A DNA stretch of 64,000 nt, taken from positions 18,848,001 to 18,912,000 of the forward strand of contig OZ231126.1 of assembly GCA_965153355.1 (NCBI GenBank). The letters are read 5' to 3'. Shown here piece after piece: positions 1 to 13,757 of the stretch (position 1 is its first letter; each line of letters opens with the position of its first letter). This DNA comes from Flaccisagitta enflata. Lineage: Eukaryota. The position numbers were made by a program, and so were the translations under genes. The notes under the pieces were generated by a model that was given only the letters and a program-made list of their open reading frames with translations, was not told the DNA's origin and searched no databases.

Positions 1-2
1 AT

Positions 3-1739
3 GCATATTACTCTGCTGTTGGGCCAGATACCAATAAAAGTGTTGGTGAATCCAGAAAGGATCCCTCATTCTTCCTATCTAAAAACAAAGAACGTGTAAC
101 CCATCAACTATTGACTTGTCGTTTTACTAGGCAGGATGTCATGAACGCTTGCCGGCTTCTTCATCCAAAGACCAGTTGTGATGCCTATGGGCTTTCTCAA
201 AAGGTTATTCTTGGTGATATGGACATTCTGGCGCCGATGTTTGTGCACTTGATCAACTGCTCTCTATCATCTGGTAAGTGTCCTGATATGAGTAAAATAG
301 CAAGAGTTATTCCTGTTTACAAAAACAAGGGAGAAAAATACCTTTTTACCAATTACAGGCCAATATCCTTGCTGCCAATTTTTTCAAAAATTATTGAGAA
401 ACTTGTATACAATAAGATATTTCATTTCCTGGTGCGGTACGGAATACTATTTAAATCACAATACGGGTTTAGAAAGGGGCACAACACCACACATGCCACT
501 CTAGATTTTCTCAAAACCATAGAAAATGCAATGAAGGAAAATGAACTTTCAATAGGAGTTTTTTGTGATCTCTCAAAAGCTTTTGATACTCTTGACCATG
601 AAATTTTACTCATGAAGCTTGATCACTATGGTATTAGAGGGAAATGGTTATCCTGGATACGATCTTACCTCACAAATAGGCAACAATATGTTGATATGGA
701 TGGTACCAAAAGCTCCTTGGCCCCAATTCTATACGGTGTACCACAGGGAAGCATCCTAGGTCCTCTTCTGTTTTTGATACACATTAATGACCTGCCTGCA
801 GCTTTGGACAAAGTGATTCCTGTTATGTTTGCTGATGATACTAACCTTGTCATAAAAGGAAAAAATATCAATGAACTTGTGACAACCCTAAATGCTGAAC
901 TTGACAGTTTGAGTGACTACTTTAAGGCCAATAAGCTTAAACTGAACGTTGATAAAACTAAACTTGTCTGCTTTAGAAAAAAAGGATAGATGATCTGTCT
1001 GAGGGATATGATCTGTCTGAGGATTCCTGACGTAATACTTGATGGCTCAATCTTAGAATGTGAAAAAGACACTACATTTCTAGGAATAACTCTAGATGAG
1101 CATCTCACATGGGAAAACCACTGTAACAAAGTCGCAAACAAAATGGCTAAAAACACAGGTGTGTTGAATCGAGTCAAAAAAAGTCTTCCTACTTGTTCAC
1201 TTCTCACTATTTATAACTCTCTTATCTTTTCTCACCTCTGCTATGGACTTGAAGTATGGGGAGCAACGTTTGAAAAGAACTTAAAAAGAATAGTTGGAAT
1301 ACAAAAAAAAGCTATACGAATAATATCTAAATCACATTGGCTCGCACACAGTGAACCCCGCATGAAAAAACTTAAACTACTAAAACTACCTGATCAGCAC
1401 AGGCACCAATGTATTAGCCTCATGTACAACATGACAAAAGGAATAGGGCCTGACATCTATGACTATCAACAGCATCTCTATGGAGAAAACTCAAATCACA
1501 ATCTTAGGTCAGCAAGCCAACATCCAAATAATGTTAAGCTTCCCCCTCTTTCATCAATTGGGAACAAACGTTCTTTCCCTTGTCTGGCACCCTCACTCTG
1601 GAATGACTTACCTGATAATATCAAGCAAATAGACTCAAAAAAACGTTTTAAAAAAGAAACTAAAGAGCTCTTGCTCCAAAATTACCTCAAAAAATGTGAA
1701 TGTACTAACCCCCTTTGCTCTGACAGGAAATTTCACTGA
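3..1739 (+). pseudogene. Non-LTR retrotransposon ORF2, reverse transcriptase and C-terminal region (CR1/L2 group, Crack/Daphne-like); continues beyond the window start; one in-frame stop
   Basis: Frame is open from the window start (AYYSAVGPD...). It carries RT motifs NYRPISLL, QYGFRKG, DLSKAFD, GVPQGSILGPLLF and FADDTNL, then C-terminal FLGITLD...YGLEVWG...HNLRS. A TAG at 987-989 separates ORFs 111-989 and 990-1739, which share one frame. Confidence 0.93.
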
Positions 1740-2010
1740 TTCTTTCTTTTTCTCCCTTCATCATCCATCGCCTCTCTCGTCCTTCTTCCTCTTTGTCTCA
1801 TGCTACGTCCTTTGTCCTATGTCATATTTCATATGTCCTTACAATGATTGCTCAGTCCTCATATGACCTACACCCTTTCTTCACTTCTTAGCCTCATCAG
1901 TCAATGCTATGGGCACTCTCCAAACCTGCCATGGGATAGGGTGGTTTATTAGTCCGACAACTATTGTCACAAAATAGATGGAGAATTGCTATAGCTCTAC
2001 TTCTGCTCTG

Positions 2011-2524
2011 GTACTGGAACCCGCCAGTGCCATTTACTAACTTCTAAACTTATCTATGTCAAATTAATACCATCAATGATTATTTTTTTTTTTTGCGTTG
2101 CACTAGATCTAGCTAGTGTCGTTTAATAACCTAAACATATTTATTCAAGGATATACCCCAAACAAGTTGTTTTGCGAAGCACTGGAACTTGCCAGTGTCG
2201 TTTACTAACCCTAAAACTGACAGCTCTAAAAGAAATACCAGTAACAAATCATTATGCGTTGCACTGGGCCTAGCCAGTGTCGTTCACTTTATTCTAAAAA
2301 TAGCCAACAATGACAAACTGTTATTAAGTAATCCTGCGAAGCACTGGAACTTGCCAGTGTCGTTTACTAACCCTAAACTGACAGCTCTAAAAGAAATACC
2401 AGTAACAAGTCATTATGCGTTGCACTGGGCCTAGCCAGTGTCGTTCACTTTATTCTAAAAATAGCCAACAATGATTAATGGTTATTAAGTAATCCTGCGA
2501 AGCACTGTAATTGGGCAGTGTCGT
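2011..2524 (+). repeat. ~80-bp periodic array of 7 stem-loops in the LINE 3' UTR, including a recent ~161-bp duplication
   Basis: Motif (T)GCG-WW-GCACTGG-N6-CCAGTGTCGT, or variants of it, with stems at ~2012, 2101, 2180, 2262, 2342, 2423 and 2503. Confidence 0.85.
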
Positions 2525-4172
2525 AAACCCCTTTGACAAAAAAAACTATTAATAAATAATTGCAATGAATTCAATCTGCTTTTTTTTTCCTACATCTCAT
2601 ATCTTAACTCTATGAAAGTATTCTTAAGTCCACTTGCAAATTTATAGTATCTCAGCCTATCAGTTGTAAGATAACTTATTTTAAAGCCTTAATCAAAAAA
2701 AGAGATTGATTTATGCAATTTTAAATTCAAACTGACAGACCATGCGTGGGTGCTAACTGGGGCACTCGTAAACTAAGTAAAAGACAAACCATACTTTTGG
2801 CTTGGGCGTGCATCAGAATTATCATTGAAGAAGAGACTAGAAACTGTTATATTGCAGTGGAGTAATTTGTCCTCCTATTTGTTTTTGTAGAGTTGGGTCC
2901 CATTCCCACTAGGTCGTCCCGTGGCTATGGGTCCATTTCCCCAGGTCCATTCCCTTTATTTTCTTTCAAATGGAATCTTATCACCTAAGACTACGTAAGC
3001 TCTTATCAATGCACGCTCATGCCTATCTGGTGGGGCATTGCATGTCAGGTTCCCTCCAGGCTGATCTGTCAGCCTGTAGCAGTCCTGTCGTCTTTGCCCC
3101 CATTTACATTACCAAGTTCCTGTGATCTAACAAATCTTCCTCCTCCACTCTCCTAGATTTGCTCTCCCAACAGCCTAGTTCACTCATCAACGCCATCCAT
3201 GAAGATATCCGTGTTTCCCATGCCTTCCTTACGCCTGTAATTTGCGGAACCTCGACCTGAAGGCTGTTGGGAGTTGGATAATGGGACGGAGGACCCCTTA
3301 CAAGACACTCAGATATCATCTCATATTGTCTTATTCAACAATTTTATCCGAACTGTTTCTTATCTGGTTTGCAGCTTTCAAGCTTCCAACAACAAAAGTG
3401 GATTTCCCTTTCGTTTTATAATCATGCCGTTATTCTAAAGTCGCTTTTATCCATTATGTTTTAACTGCACTGTATAGGGTTTTTGGCTTACTTGCAATCC
3501 ATCTGGAAAAATAACTGAAATCAATTGTACTCGCGTAGACTAGATACCCAGAGAAATACATGTATTTCATTTCATTTCATTATGAGAGAATGAAGAAAAT
3601 GAAGAACAGGGGCTGCAGAGAAGGATGAAAGCTTTTTAAATGATTCTCTCTTTGTACACATCACTCGCATTTCTTGAAGAGGTAATAATTCTGCCTCGAT
3701 ATCCTGGTATTTTGAAGTTTTTTTCTCAACACAATCCGTCGGTCCTTCGACCAGTTCTCGTTAGTGGTTATCATGATTTCGAATTCATCAGTTGTTGTTG
3801 TATAACATGTTCCAATCAAAAAGAGGATGTTTGTACAAAACTATCATAAGCACCGTGCAACAGCAACCCCAGCAAGTTCGATGCTAGGCTTACATCTTAC
3901 CGTAAAGTCTGATGTTAGCGTCATCGATTTTCGTTGTCTCCCACCCACGCCTTACGGACTAGACTATACAATTAGGTCACATGACAACGAGAACCCAAGC
4001 ACATGACCACGAGTCCACGACATGCTGAGCACGTGACTTAGGCCAAGATGTTAGATCACGTGACTCGATCTGCACGTGATCTAGAACGCGATGACATGAG
4101 AGGACACCATGATTCCATCTATGAGACAAGATTCCACTTTGTCAGCGGAAAATCCAGAAGAGAAAGAGAGAA

Positions 4173-4276
<104 letters not shown>

Positions 4277-4384
4277 TACTTATCTCTTTCAAAGAGGAAA
4301 TTATGATAGGATTTCAACTGTATCAATTTCATCCAAAATTGCTTTGTCATGATAGCGCAATTTGGGACTTCAGTCACTCCACCA

Positions 4385-4527
4385 TTTTTGGATACGTCAT
4401 CGCGTCTCTAATAGAGGGTCTGTCCGTCTGTCCGTCCGTCTGTCCGTCCGTCCGTCCGTCCGTCCGTCCGTTACGCCTCTTCTGAAATCATGCAGATGAC
4501 GCATCGAGTTGCCCGCCTGGGCTTGTT
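4385..4527 (+). mobile_element. DINE-1/HINE-like short element (family also at ~27291-27452)
   Basis: T-run, 5' palindrome gatacgtcatcgcgtc, (CCGT)n core, 3' gatgacgcatc inverted repeat, small hairpin and gcttgtt end. A near-identical copy starts at ~27291. Confidence 0.65.
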
Positions 4528-4553
4528 AAGTGATGTGCGCTTAGCTTCGAGTA

Positions 4554-4980
4554 CACGCTTTTCATTTTATAAGAACATGGATTTTTGAAGTCAGCCTCAG
4601 CGTTCTTATTTTTAGCCCTGTTTTGAGGCTCGAGCGTTCTTAATATGTTCTTATTTTTTAATTAGATAATTTTTCTATAATTATATATCTTTATCAATTT
4701 AATGGTTTGTTATTTTAAGCAATTGTCAAAATCAAAATATTTCTATTTAATAAAAAAGAATGTCAGATTATTATGTAATAAATAATGAATTATCATTTTA
4801 GAAGCCATTATCAAAACATCTATCATTTAGGGTATTTCATCTAATTTTACTAGTTTTTTGAAAAATTATATCATTATCTTCAAATCTGAGGCTCAGCATG
4901 TTCTTAAGATGTTCTTATTTTTTTTCCAAATCTGAGGCTGATGTTCTTATAAACAGTGTTCTTATAAAAAGAAAAGCGTG
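4554..4980. mobile_element. Non-autonomous Tc1/mariner-type MITE
   Basis: TIRs cacgcttttcattttataagaaca / tgttcttataaaaagaaaagcgtg, flanked by TA at 4552-53 and 4981-82. Confidence 0.8.
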
Positions 4981-5489
4981 TAGTTAGATTTTTAATCCTT
5001 TTGACGACCATGGTATGAAAAGTTTTAAAAACATTTGAGCGGAAAAACAATTCAGGATAAATAGTATAAAATTCATTTTTACAGTCGGGCTAGAGTGATT
5101 GAATTTTAACTTGTGCCTTTGGCCCACTGCAGTTAAAGTTTCATCGTACTTGCCCAATGCCCACCTAGAAGTATACCTCCCATAATTGTTATGCTATCTG
5201 TTTTTGCGCCTAAATGTTGACCATGCGTAAGTTGTAGATCTACTTTCCTTTAAAGTCTTAATGCAGAACGCGAACTTTGCAAATGAATGTTATTCTCGTG
5301 GCTCGCGACAAACATTGCTTGTTCTTGTTCTTGTTCTTGTTCTTAACAATAAAGAAGATACTCGAAAAAAGGGTCATTCAAATTAATGACACGAGCCAAG
5401 ATAATACAAGAGCAACTTAGGACAACTATATAGATGAAAACAATCAAGAGGGAAGGAGTACACTGCTAGTTCGGCTTGAACGATGGTTA

Positions 5490-5890
5490 TCTCTGTCCTC
5501 TGTCCTCTGTCCTCTGTCCTCTGTCCTCTGTCCTCTGAACAATTCAAACAAACCACTTGTGCATCCTTTACTTATCGAAGCCACTTAACATCCACTTGTA
5601 CCACGACTACCAAACAGTCTCGAGCCTTACCTCCACATCCCTCTTTGCGCGCCACCCTCGCCTGCTTTGTTTTGGCCAACCTAGAGCCAACTTTATTCGA
5701 GCTCAGAATTAGAAACCACGGGGGTTCAATCTATTTGAGTTCCAATTAGGAGTAAGTCCTTCAGATTGTAGCACGAATTTTATTTGGGACTTGTTTTTTC
5801 CATTTGCCACGGTCCAAGTACGCAGTCGCCAACGACGTCATTGTTGGTGCTGACCCTGTTGGGGACTCAGGTTGACTGTTGTTCACTGAT
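5490..5890 (-). mobile_element. Possible 3' remnant of a LINE (RTE-like) with a (CAGAGGA)n tail
   Basis: Minus strand reads ...LATAYLDRGKWKKQV..., resembling the RTE C-terminal 'A.DR..W' motif, followed by UTR-like sequence and a 7-mer tandem tail at 5490-5537. Confidence 0.3.
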
Positions 5891-5921
5891 ATTTGATTTG
5901 TTTAAAAAGTTTTCTGTCAGG

Positions 5922-6334
<413 letters not shown>

Positions 6335-7640
6335 GAGGATTTTATTCATGGTGGGGAGAAAAGGCTTAGTGAGAAACGAAAGTGGGAAGGAAAGATTAGA
6401 ATCGATAATATAAGGAAGGAAAAAGAGCTTAGAGGGGGCGCGGAAGTCTGGCCTGGTAACCACTTCGGGGGTGGGTCTGTGGAGAAAGCCTAGCAGCATT
6501 CAATAGTAAAACTCGAAAATTCATCATTTCTTTAGTTAAAGCTAGTATGAGACATTTTGGGCCATGGGTTATAGGCATCATGCAGGCGAAAAGGTTGTTA
6601 CTTGACATCAAATCAGCCAATGAAGGCGATGGGGGGGGGGGGGGAAAGATATAGAAGAAGCAGAAACTTTTGCTTTGGTCAAAATTGTAGGTCATCGACC
6701 CCTTTGAGGCCGCTGCTTACAGACGATGGGACTTCTGAAGTAGGCACAAAAACAAGAACGAAATTTCAGGGAAAAAAACGTCAAGTTGTTTCAAAGATGA
6801 TAGATATGGGAGGTCGAAGAGAGGCATATCAATCCGCTTTCCCCAATGGGATTAAGATTCTTACGCCTTTTTTTCAGAGTTTTTTTTTCTGAGCCTTGTT
6901 TTGTTTGTTTTCCTTTTGTTAGTTAAATTTTTGCTAAAAATTCTTTTGAATTTTCCATCTGGGTTGAAAAAAAAAAAGAGAGAAATGTTGAGAGCGTCTG
7001 AAATTGCGATTGCCCCTCTCAACTCTACTCGAAGATGCTCATTCATGTTTTTTGATGTTAAGGGAATTGGCAATTTTGTCAAGTTCCTTTACACTCGACC
7101 TCGTTACTGTTGCCGTCTTGGTTTATCTTTGTGAGTTTTGCATTTTGGCTTCATAGCTGAGAAAGGAGATTAGCAGATAATCATTATGGTTGTATAAGAG
7201 GCCGTGCACGTTCGTCCGACACTTTCTGACTTTGGGAAAGAAAGACTTTTCCTTTTCTTGTTTGAAACTCTTTCTACTTCTTCGCCCATGATACTCCTTC
7301 CTTATTAATTGAAACTTTTTGCTTCTTTCTTACTTATTCCACTTCCTTCCTTATTTGAAATTCTTTCCTTTTATTTTTAAAACGATATCTTAAGCATTGC
7401 AACGATTATGAAAATGAAATAATTGGATACATTTGACTATGGGTTGTTCAGTTTCATATGCACTGTACTACCCATAGCCAAATACAGCTTAAAAGTCTTG
7501 TTCCGTTCTTAAATTTTCCACTCCCACTATTCGTGTTTGAAACTGATTCTTCCTAACTAAACCACTTTTTTTTCCTTTCTCCTTTTCTTTTCTCATTTTC
7601 TTCCTAACGCCTCAAGAGACGCCAAGGAACCATTTCCCTT

Positions 7641-7701
<61 letters not shown>

Positions 7702-8068
7702 GCACACAGGTTTTTCACGCCGCTTTGTTTCAAGTTCTGCGCATATCTCGTGTTTAAGCACGTCTGCATGCACGCGCACGTGCGAGCTTCAATTCTAGAT
7801 CCCATTTTCTCAAGAAACGCGCATGCACACGCCGGCATATTTACGACTCAATGCGCATTCTTTCTCTTTTTTTAACGTAAGACAGAGTAGGCTGGCACAC
7901 GCGCGATAGTCATGCTCATGTTCACACGCAATTTCATGCAAGAAACGGAAGGCCACGATGCGTGACGGAGCGCGCATGCACTCACTGGATGGATATGTGC
8001 GTACGCAGTCGCGTTCTGTCTCTGTCGCTGTCTCTCTTTTCATGTCCCTCTGTCGGTCTGTTTTCTGA

Positions 8069-8175
<107 letters not shown>

Positions 8176-8747
8176 CGCTCGCGCGCATGTTTGGTTATAC
8201 ATCCTAAAATTTCAAAAAAATAGTAAGCAACGAGGTGAAAAATTTTGCCGCAATTCCATGTAGGATCAGGTGAAAATGGTGAGAAAAAAATATGGATATA
8301 TGGTTCAATGAAAAGAATTGCAGAGATGAAAATGATAACAGTAGTTCCCCCTCTTCATTTCGCGTACATGCTACTGCATGACTCGCTTTTGACTGAATAA
8401 ATGAGGGAAATGTACTTACAGACGCAAGCAGTCAAGTAACGGTACTTACGGATACCCTCCGGAACAAGAAGGGGCGCGGTCGTTATGCTGGCACCCTTAT
8501 TTTTACAGAACTATGGGTATCGCGCGTAACACGATGAGGGGCGGCACCAAAAGCATAAAACCGGAGGTGGGGGGGGGGCTGTGGGACAATCGAAATAAAG
8601 ACATGCATTTCATTTCAAGGAGAGACTCATGGTTCTGGGAGACAACAAATCTACATCCTCGACACAAACCGTCGCAGAATGCACGAGGTTACGCCTCTAA
8701 TCGTATGCATTTCGTGCAAATTCGCTGGGGAAAAGAATGAGCTGAGC

Positions 8748-8826
<79 letters not shown>

Positions 8827-9842
8827 GAGAGAGAGAAAGATTGAGAGACAGAGAGACAGACAGACAGAAAGACAGACAGAAAGACAGACAGAAAGACAAA
8901 AAGACAGAAAGACAGAAAGACAGAAAGACAGAGAGTCAGTTACAGACAGTGACTATTGACAAAGACACACAGACACACAGATTGAGACAAAGACAGAGAA
9001 AGAGACAGATTCGAACAGCTAAACTGACTGACAAAGTAAGTGCCACAGTCAGAGATAGAGACAGAAAGAGATTTGGAAAGATGGGCAGAAGAACAGAGTC
9101 AGTGTCAGAATCAGACACAAATCAGAGACAGAAAGAGAAGAAGAATGGGTTCACTTTCAAATCAGTTCTGTTAAAGGCCCTTGGTTTGTTAAATGTCTTT
9201 TTGTGTCTTTTTTTTTTAACTCTGTCCCAACTCTCTGTCTCTCTATCTCTTTGATGCGCATATCCATGCGCTTGGAATCTAGGCTAAACTCCAGAACGGC
9301 GCGGCAGCTACTTCATTATATTAGCCATTAATGTCATTTTCCCCAAATCGACAATGACGACAAGTGCGACGATAATGACGAGGACAACGACGGCGGCGAC
9401 GACGATGACGACGAAGGGTAGACGATGACGACGATGACGACGATGAAGGGACGATTAAAACGACGACGACGATATCGATGACAACGATATCGACGAAGAA
9501 TGGCTTGTTCTTATGTACGGCGGAAAAAATTTTATGTGTTTGTCCCCAGAAATTGGCGTCATAACCAAGAGTGTGATAACGCGATATTTCGTCATTAAAA
9601 TTGGCGTGAAAGGAAAACAAAAAAGAACAAATGGCAAAAGTGGGAAACCGAAAGAGAGGGAGAAAAACAATCGTTTTGAGGCCGCCACGCTCATTAAAGT
9701 TTCCAGCCGAAGTATTTGAATTCGAGCCAGAATTAATGTTTTTCTGATTATTATTTGCGCGATAGAACACCCCATTTTCCCGACTCTATGTATCGGTGAA
9801 TTGGTCTTCAGTATTTCTTTAAACATAATTCCTTGTCTAGTT

Positions 9843-9975
9843 TTTTTTAAGGTGCGATAAAGCACCTCTATAACTGGCTGTGTCCGTTGGTTGGTCGGTC
9901 GGTTGGTTGGTTGGTTGGTAACGCATTCGTTCGACGATCCACACGTCGTACCTTATTGGCCTACTTTGCCTTGTT
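9843..9975 (+). mobile_element. DINE-1/HINE-like element (related reversed copies at ~39583-39698 and ~56227-56355)
   Basis: 5' aggtgcgataaagcacct palindrome, (GGTT/GGTC)n core, 3' gtcgtacctt inverted repeat, then gccttgtt. Confidence 0.6.
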
Positions 9976-11832
9976 CTTCCTCTTTTTTCTTTTGATGGGG
10001 AGGGTCTGATCTGCATGGCGACATTTGGCCCATCACTGCACCATCGCGACATCATACGTACCTGATGCTGTATCAAAAGTCAAATGCGGCCTTGCTCATA
10101 AGTAATCACCAGCATCAGTGAAAAGGGTAAAGTTTGAAAATAGTTATTCACGACCATAACTCGTGGACACAAACGTGTTTATTATTCGATTCCGACTGCC
10201 TAGGGTTTTATCGATAAAAACTCATTCTTCTCCCAATTACTTATAAAATCCTCGTTTTATTAGTTTTTGAGAGTTTCGAAATGATTACCGTTAAGCACGA
10301 AACACACAGCAAAATCCTAGTCTGCTTCATTTGTAGTTGAAAAGAGAGAAGCCTGCCTTAATCGAGAAATGTTTTAGTAGAAGTTCTTTTGATCTGATCT
10401 ACGCAGTTGAATAGGCGATGTAGGCGTGATGTTGTCCATGGTCATTGTAGGTTTGAGTTCTAATGGAATACTGGGCTAAGTTTCAGTTTCATATTTCAAT
10501 TCAAGCTTATAACTTTGAGCGAGAATGATAATATAGCTTACGATGAAAAAAGAGAGAAAATGCAAAGAAAAACCGCCTAGGGAGCGGATCCTCTTATATT
10601 TTCCTCCATTGGCTTAGTGATAAAGTCAAAAAGGGATTAGACTGGTCTGTGGTAAATCCACATTGTGATGGCCCCCAGGCTGACGACAACAGAGACTAAT
10701 TCTTTTTTTTTTCCAAAAAATGGCTAAAATTATAATTGCTGAGTAAGACAATTTCAAAAAAGCGGTCACAGCACTTCCTTTTACAGTGAATCACAGTTGC
10801 AACGAATAGCAAGTTTTTTTTAAATTTCATTCATTGTTTGCTTTTAAAATGTTGTCAATGCCACAACCCGGGGGAAAAATTGATTCACTATTTCTCATAC
10901 AAGAGTTCTTTATCATTTGATTATACATTGTATTTTTGGCTCACTTGTCTGCTAACTCGTCTGAGACTAAGCGGGCATTTTTATTTGTGTCATCTGCGAT
11001 GGCCTCAAAAATCAACCCACTGAGAAAGAAGTGCTCAAAAACACGCCAAGACAAATTTCCCCCTTTTAACTTCAAAAAGAGGGTTAAAAAGAAGAAGAAG
11101 GGAAAATTGGTCTTAGTCTCATTAAAAAGCCCGGAAAGAACAAATTGGTTGAAAAGTTTTTAAACCCAAATTTGACTCCAACTGCTTCCACTTTTTCTGT
11201 TTTAAAACCAAACAAAGCGAAAGTCTGGGGTAGAGGAAAACTTGAAAAAGAATGAGAAAGAAAGAACGAATTTTAGAAAGAAAGAAAGAAAGAAAGAATG
11301 AAAGAGAGAAAAAAAGCAAGAAAGAAAGGGAATAAAAAGAAAGGAAGAAGGAAAAAAAAAGAAAAACTAAGAATAAAGGAAAAAAAAAGAAGGGATGATA
11401 GATTTCGAACGAAAAAAAAATTCATCCCGTTTCACATAACTGAATCTAATCATTTGATTAAACAAATTGTTTTTTTAAACGATCTATCATACATCTTTTT
11501 TTATCCTGTGAGTAGAGTTTACCTTTCTGCATCAGCTTCTGGTACCTAATTGCAGATCTAGCTATTGAAACTCAAAAACGTTTTTAGCATCAAAATGAGT
11601 TTTGAAAAAAGTTCTTTTCTTTTTTTTATGAAGAAAAAAATATTTCAGTAAAATTCATATTTAAAATTAAATGAAATTATAAGACATCATGAAATAGTGA
11701 ATGAAAAAAAAAATGAAAAAGAAAATAGGTGAAAAAAAGAGAAAAATAAATAATAGTCAGAGTAGGTATAAACGAAATCTCTTTAAGTGATAGTGACTGG
11801 CTAAGGCATAGGACAGAGAGAGAGAAAGAGCA

Positions 11833-11863
<31 letters not shown>

Positions 11864-13109
11864 AAAAAAAACAATAGAGAAAAAAAACAAAGAAAAAAAG
11901 AAAGAAACAAAGGCAAAGGCAAAGGCAAAGAAACAAAAAGAGAGTAAATTAGAGAAAAAAACTAACTGATAGAGAAAGACATGCTAAAGAAAAAACATCA
12001 ACAAAGACTACATTTTCTTTATAAATATAGTGCTTATTCAAAGTTTGATCCTTAACTACTAAAAAACATCCAGTTTCAATCTCTAAATCCTTAGTATCAC
12101 ATAGAAATGCAGTTGGAAAATTCAAACTAGAAATAAAATTTCATCATAAAACTTTAATAAACTTTGGGTTTTCCTTAAAAATCTTTAAAAAACCTAATAG
12201 CAGATATTTAAAAAAAACCTTCTTTAAATAAAAACGCATTTGCAGATTTTACAAATTATCTGTCTGCAAAACGTGACGCCTTCAACCTTGTTGAAACCCC
12301 AAACTCTACCTGTGAGATTCTTCCCCCCCCCCCAATTTCAGAGTTTCAAAACGACCCTTTGTCCAAATTTCTTGCCCCACTCCTCAACGAAGAGGCAGTG
12401 GGGGGGGGGGGTAAAAAAGGGACGAGTCTATGCCAAGGCAGTGACTAAGATGAAAAGCCCCAGCCCAAGCGACACTTGGAGTCGGGGACTATGTACGCCA
12501 GGCGATACCACGTACTTGGTCAATGTCGTAATGTTTATGTGAATGTTTTGTTATGTTATCTTATGTTATGTTTTGTTATGTGAAAGATATGTAATGTTAT
12601 GTAAATCCATGATTGCTACTGGAGCAATCTCTTAAAATTGGATCGGAATTGGAACTTATCACAACAGGCCTCTTGATTGTTCTTTATTGCCGACAAGCAA
12701 AACTTTCCCCCTCTCACTGCCGACTTAACTTGTGGGGGTTAGTGAATGAGAGGAGAGGTTGCCTCCTACTAAATTCCACTAACACAGCATAGTAGGTTGA
12801 CTTGGGTCTGGCAACCGCCCACAAAGTTCTGCCACGCCACCACCGGCATTTACCTCCACTGTCAATGGATTGATGAGTAGAGGGGAGCTAGACATTCCAA
12901 AATTTGAAGGATTTCTAAATTATTTCTATCATCAATATCCACTTTATGGCGGGTTAGTAGTTGCTACATGAAACACATGACAAAGTTTTACATGCGATTA
13001 TGATTTTCTTTTTTTTTTAGTTCTTATTATGAAGGAATAAGTTCTTATTGTATTTTTGATTCAAACTGACAGTCTTCCGAAACAACTAAGTTACACAAGA
13101 GCAGTCATC

Positions 13110-13253
13110 ATAAAACTACAATATGCAAATGATATCAATGCTGACTGTAATCACCATTACAGGATATTTTCCATTTCGATCTTCTCCTTCTTCTCATTCT
13201 TTTCTTTCTTCTTCTTTCTTCTTCTTCTTCTTCTTCTTCTTCTTCTTCTTCTT

Positions 13254-13284
<31 letters not shown>

Positions 13285-13400
13285 ATCTTCTTCTTCTCCT
13301 CCTCCTTCTACTTCTTCCTCTTCCATCTTCGGGACCTGCCGACATCTCCCTTTCCCTGCCGAGAAGCGGCGCTGCTCGCTGCTCCAAAATCAAGAGGCTT
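13110..13400. repeat. Dispersed repeat with a (TTC)n core; second copy at ~39090-39305
   Basis: Shared caatatgcaaat...(ttc)n...cgggacctgccga...agcggcgctgctcgctgctcca..atcaagaggc at both loci. Confidence 0.7.
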
Positions 13401-13757
13401 GTATCACAATCGTCATTTCCAAAAAATTGCTGCATATTAGATTGTCACGTATTTCTCGGTATTCTGAAGCATTTCGCGAAATTCCGTTTTATTCTTAATG
13501 TATGTCCCTAAAATGATATTGTGTTCCCCACCCAATAAACACCAATTCCATGTATCGAATAGTTGTAAAAAAGTCGTCGAGTCTAAATCCTATTACACTC
13601 ACAAATGAAGTGCCACTCTGCACGAGGATCCATCCGGTGCCAAGAAATTCACTGAGCAATCACTAAAGCGTCCCATTAACAATTGTCCAGACGGATCAGA
13701 CTGGTGCGAGTAACTTGAGAAGTGAACAAATTTCAGGTAGTCTTTATTTACATGATA

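Larger units (their letters stand above)
1..3582 (+). mobile_element. LINE 3' portion with ~1.8 kb 3' UTR ending in a short (ATTTC)n tail
   Basis: RT ORF is followed by unique UTR-like sequence ending tgtatttcatttcatttcatt at ~3561-3581. Short tandem-repeat tails are typical of CR1/L2-group elements. The 3' boundary is inferred. Confidence 0.65.

Noticed and set aside
2011-2524. CRISPR array interpretation of the hairpin-spacer repeats
   Set aside because: Eukaryotic LINE context, no cas genes, repeats are not identical, and spacers are duplicated or related to each other.
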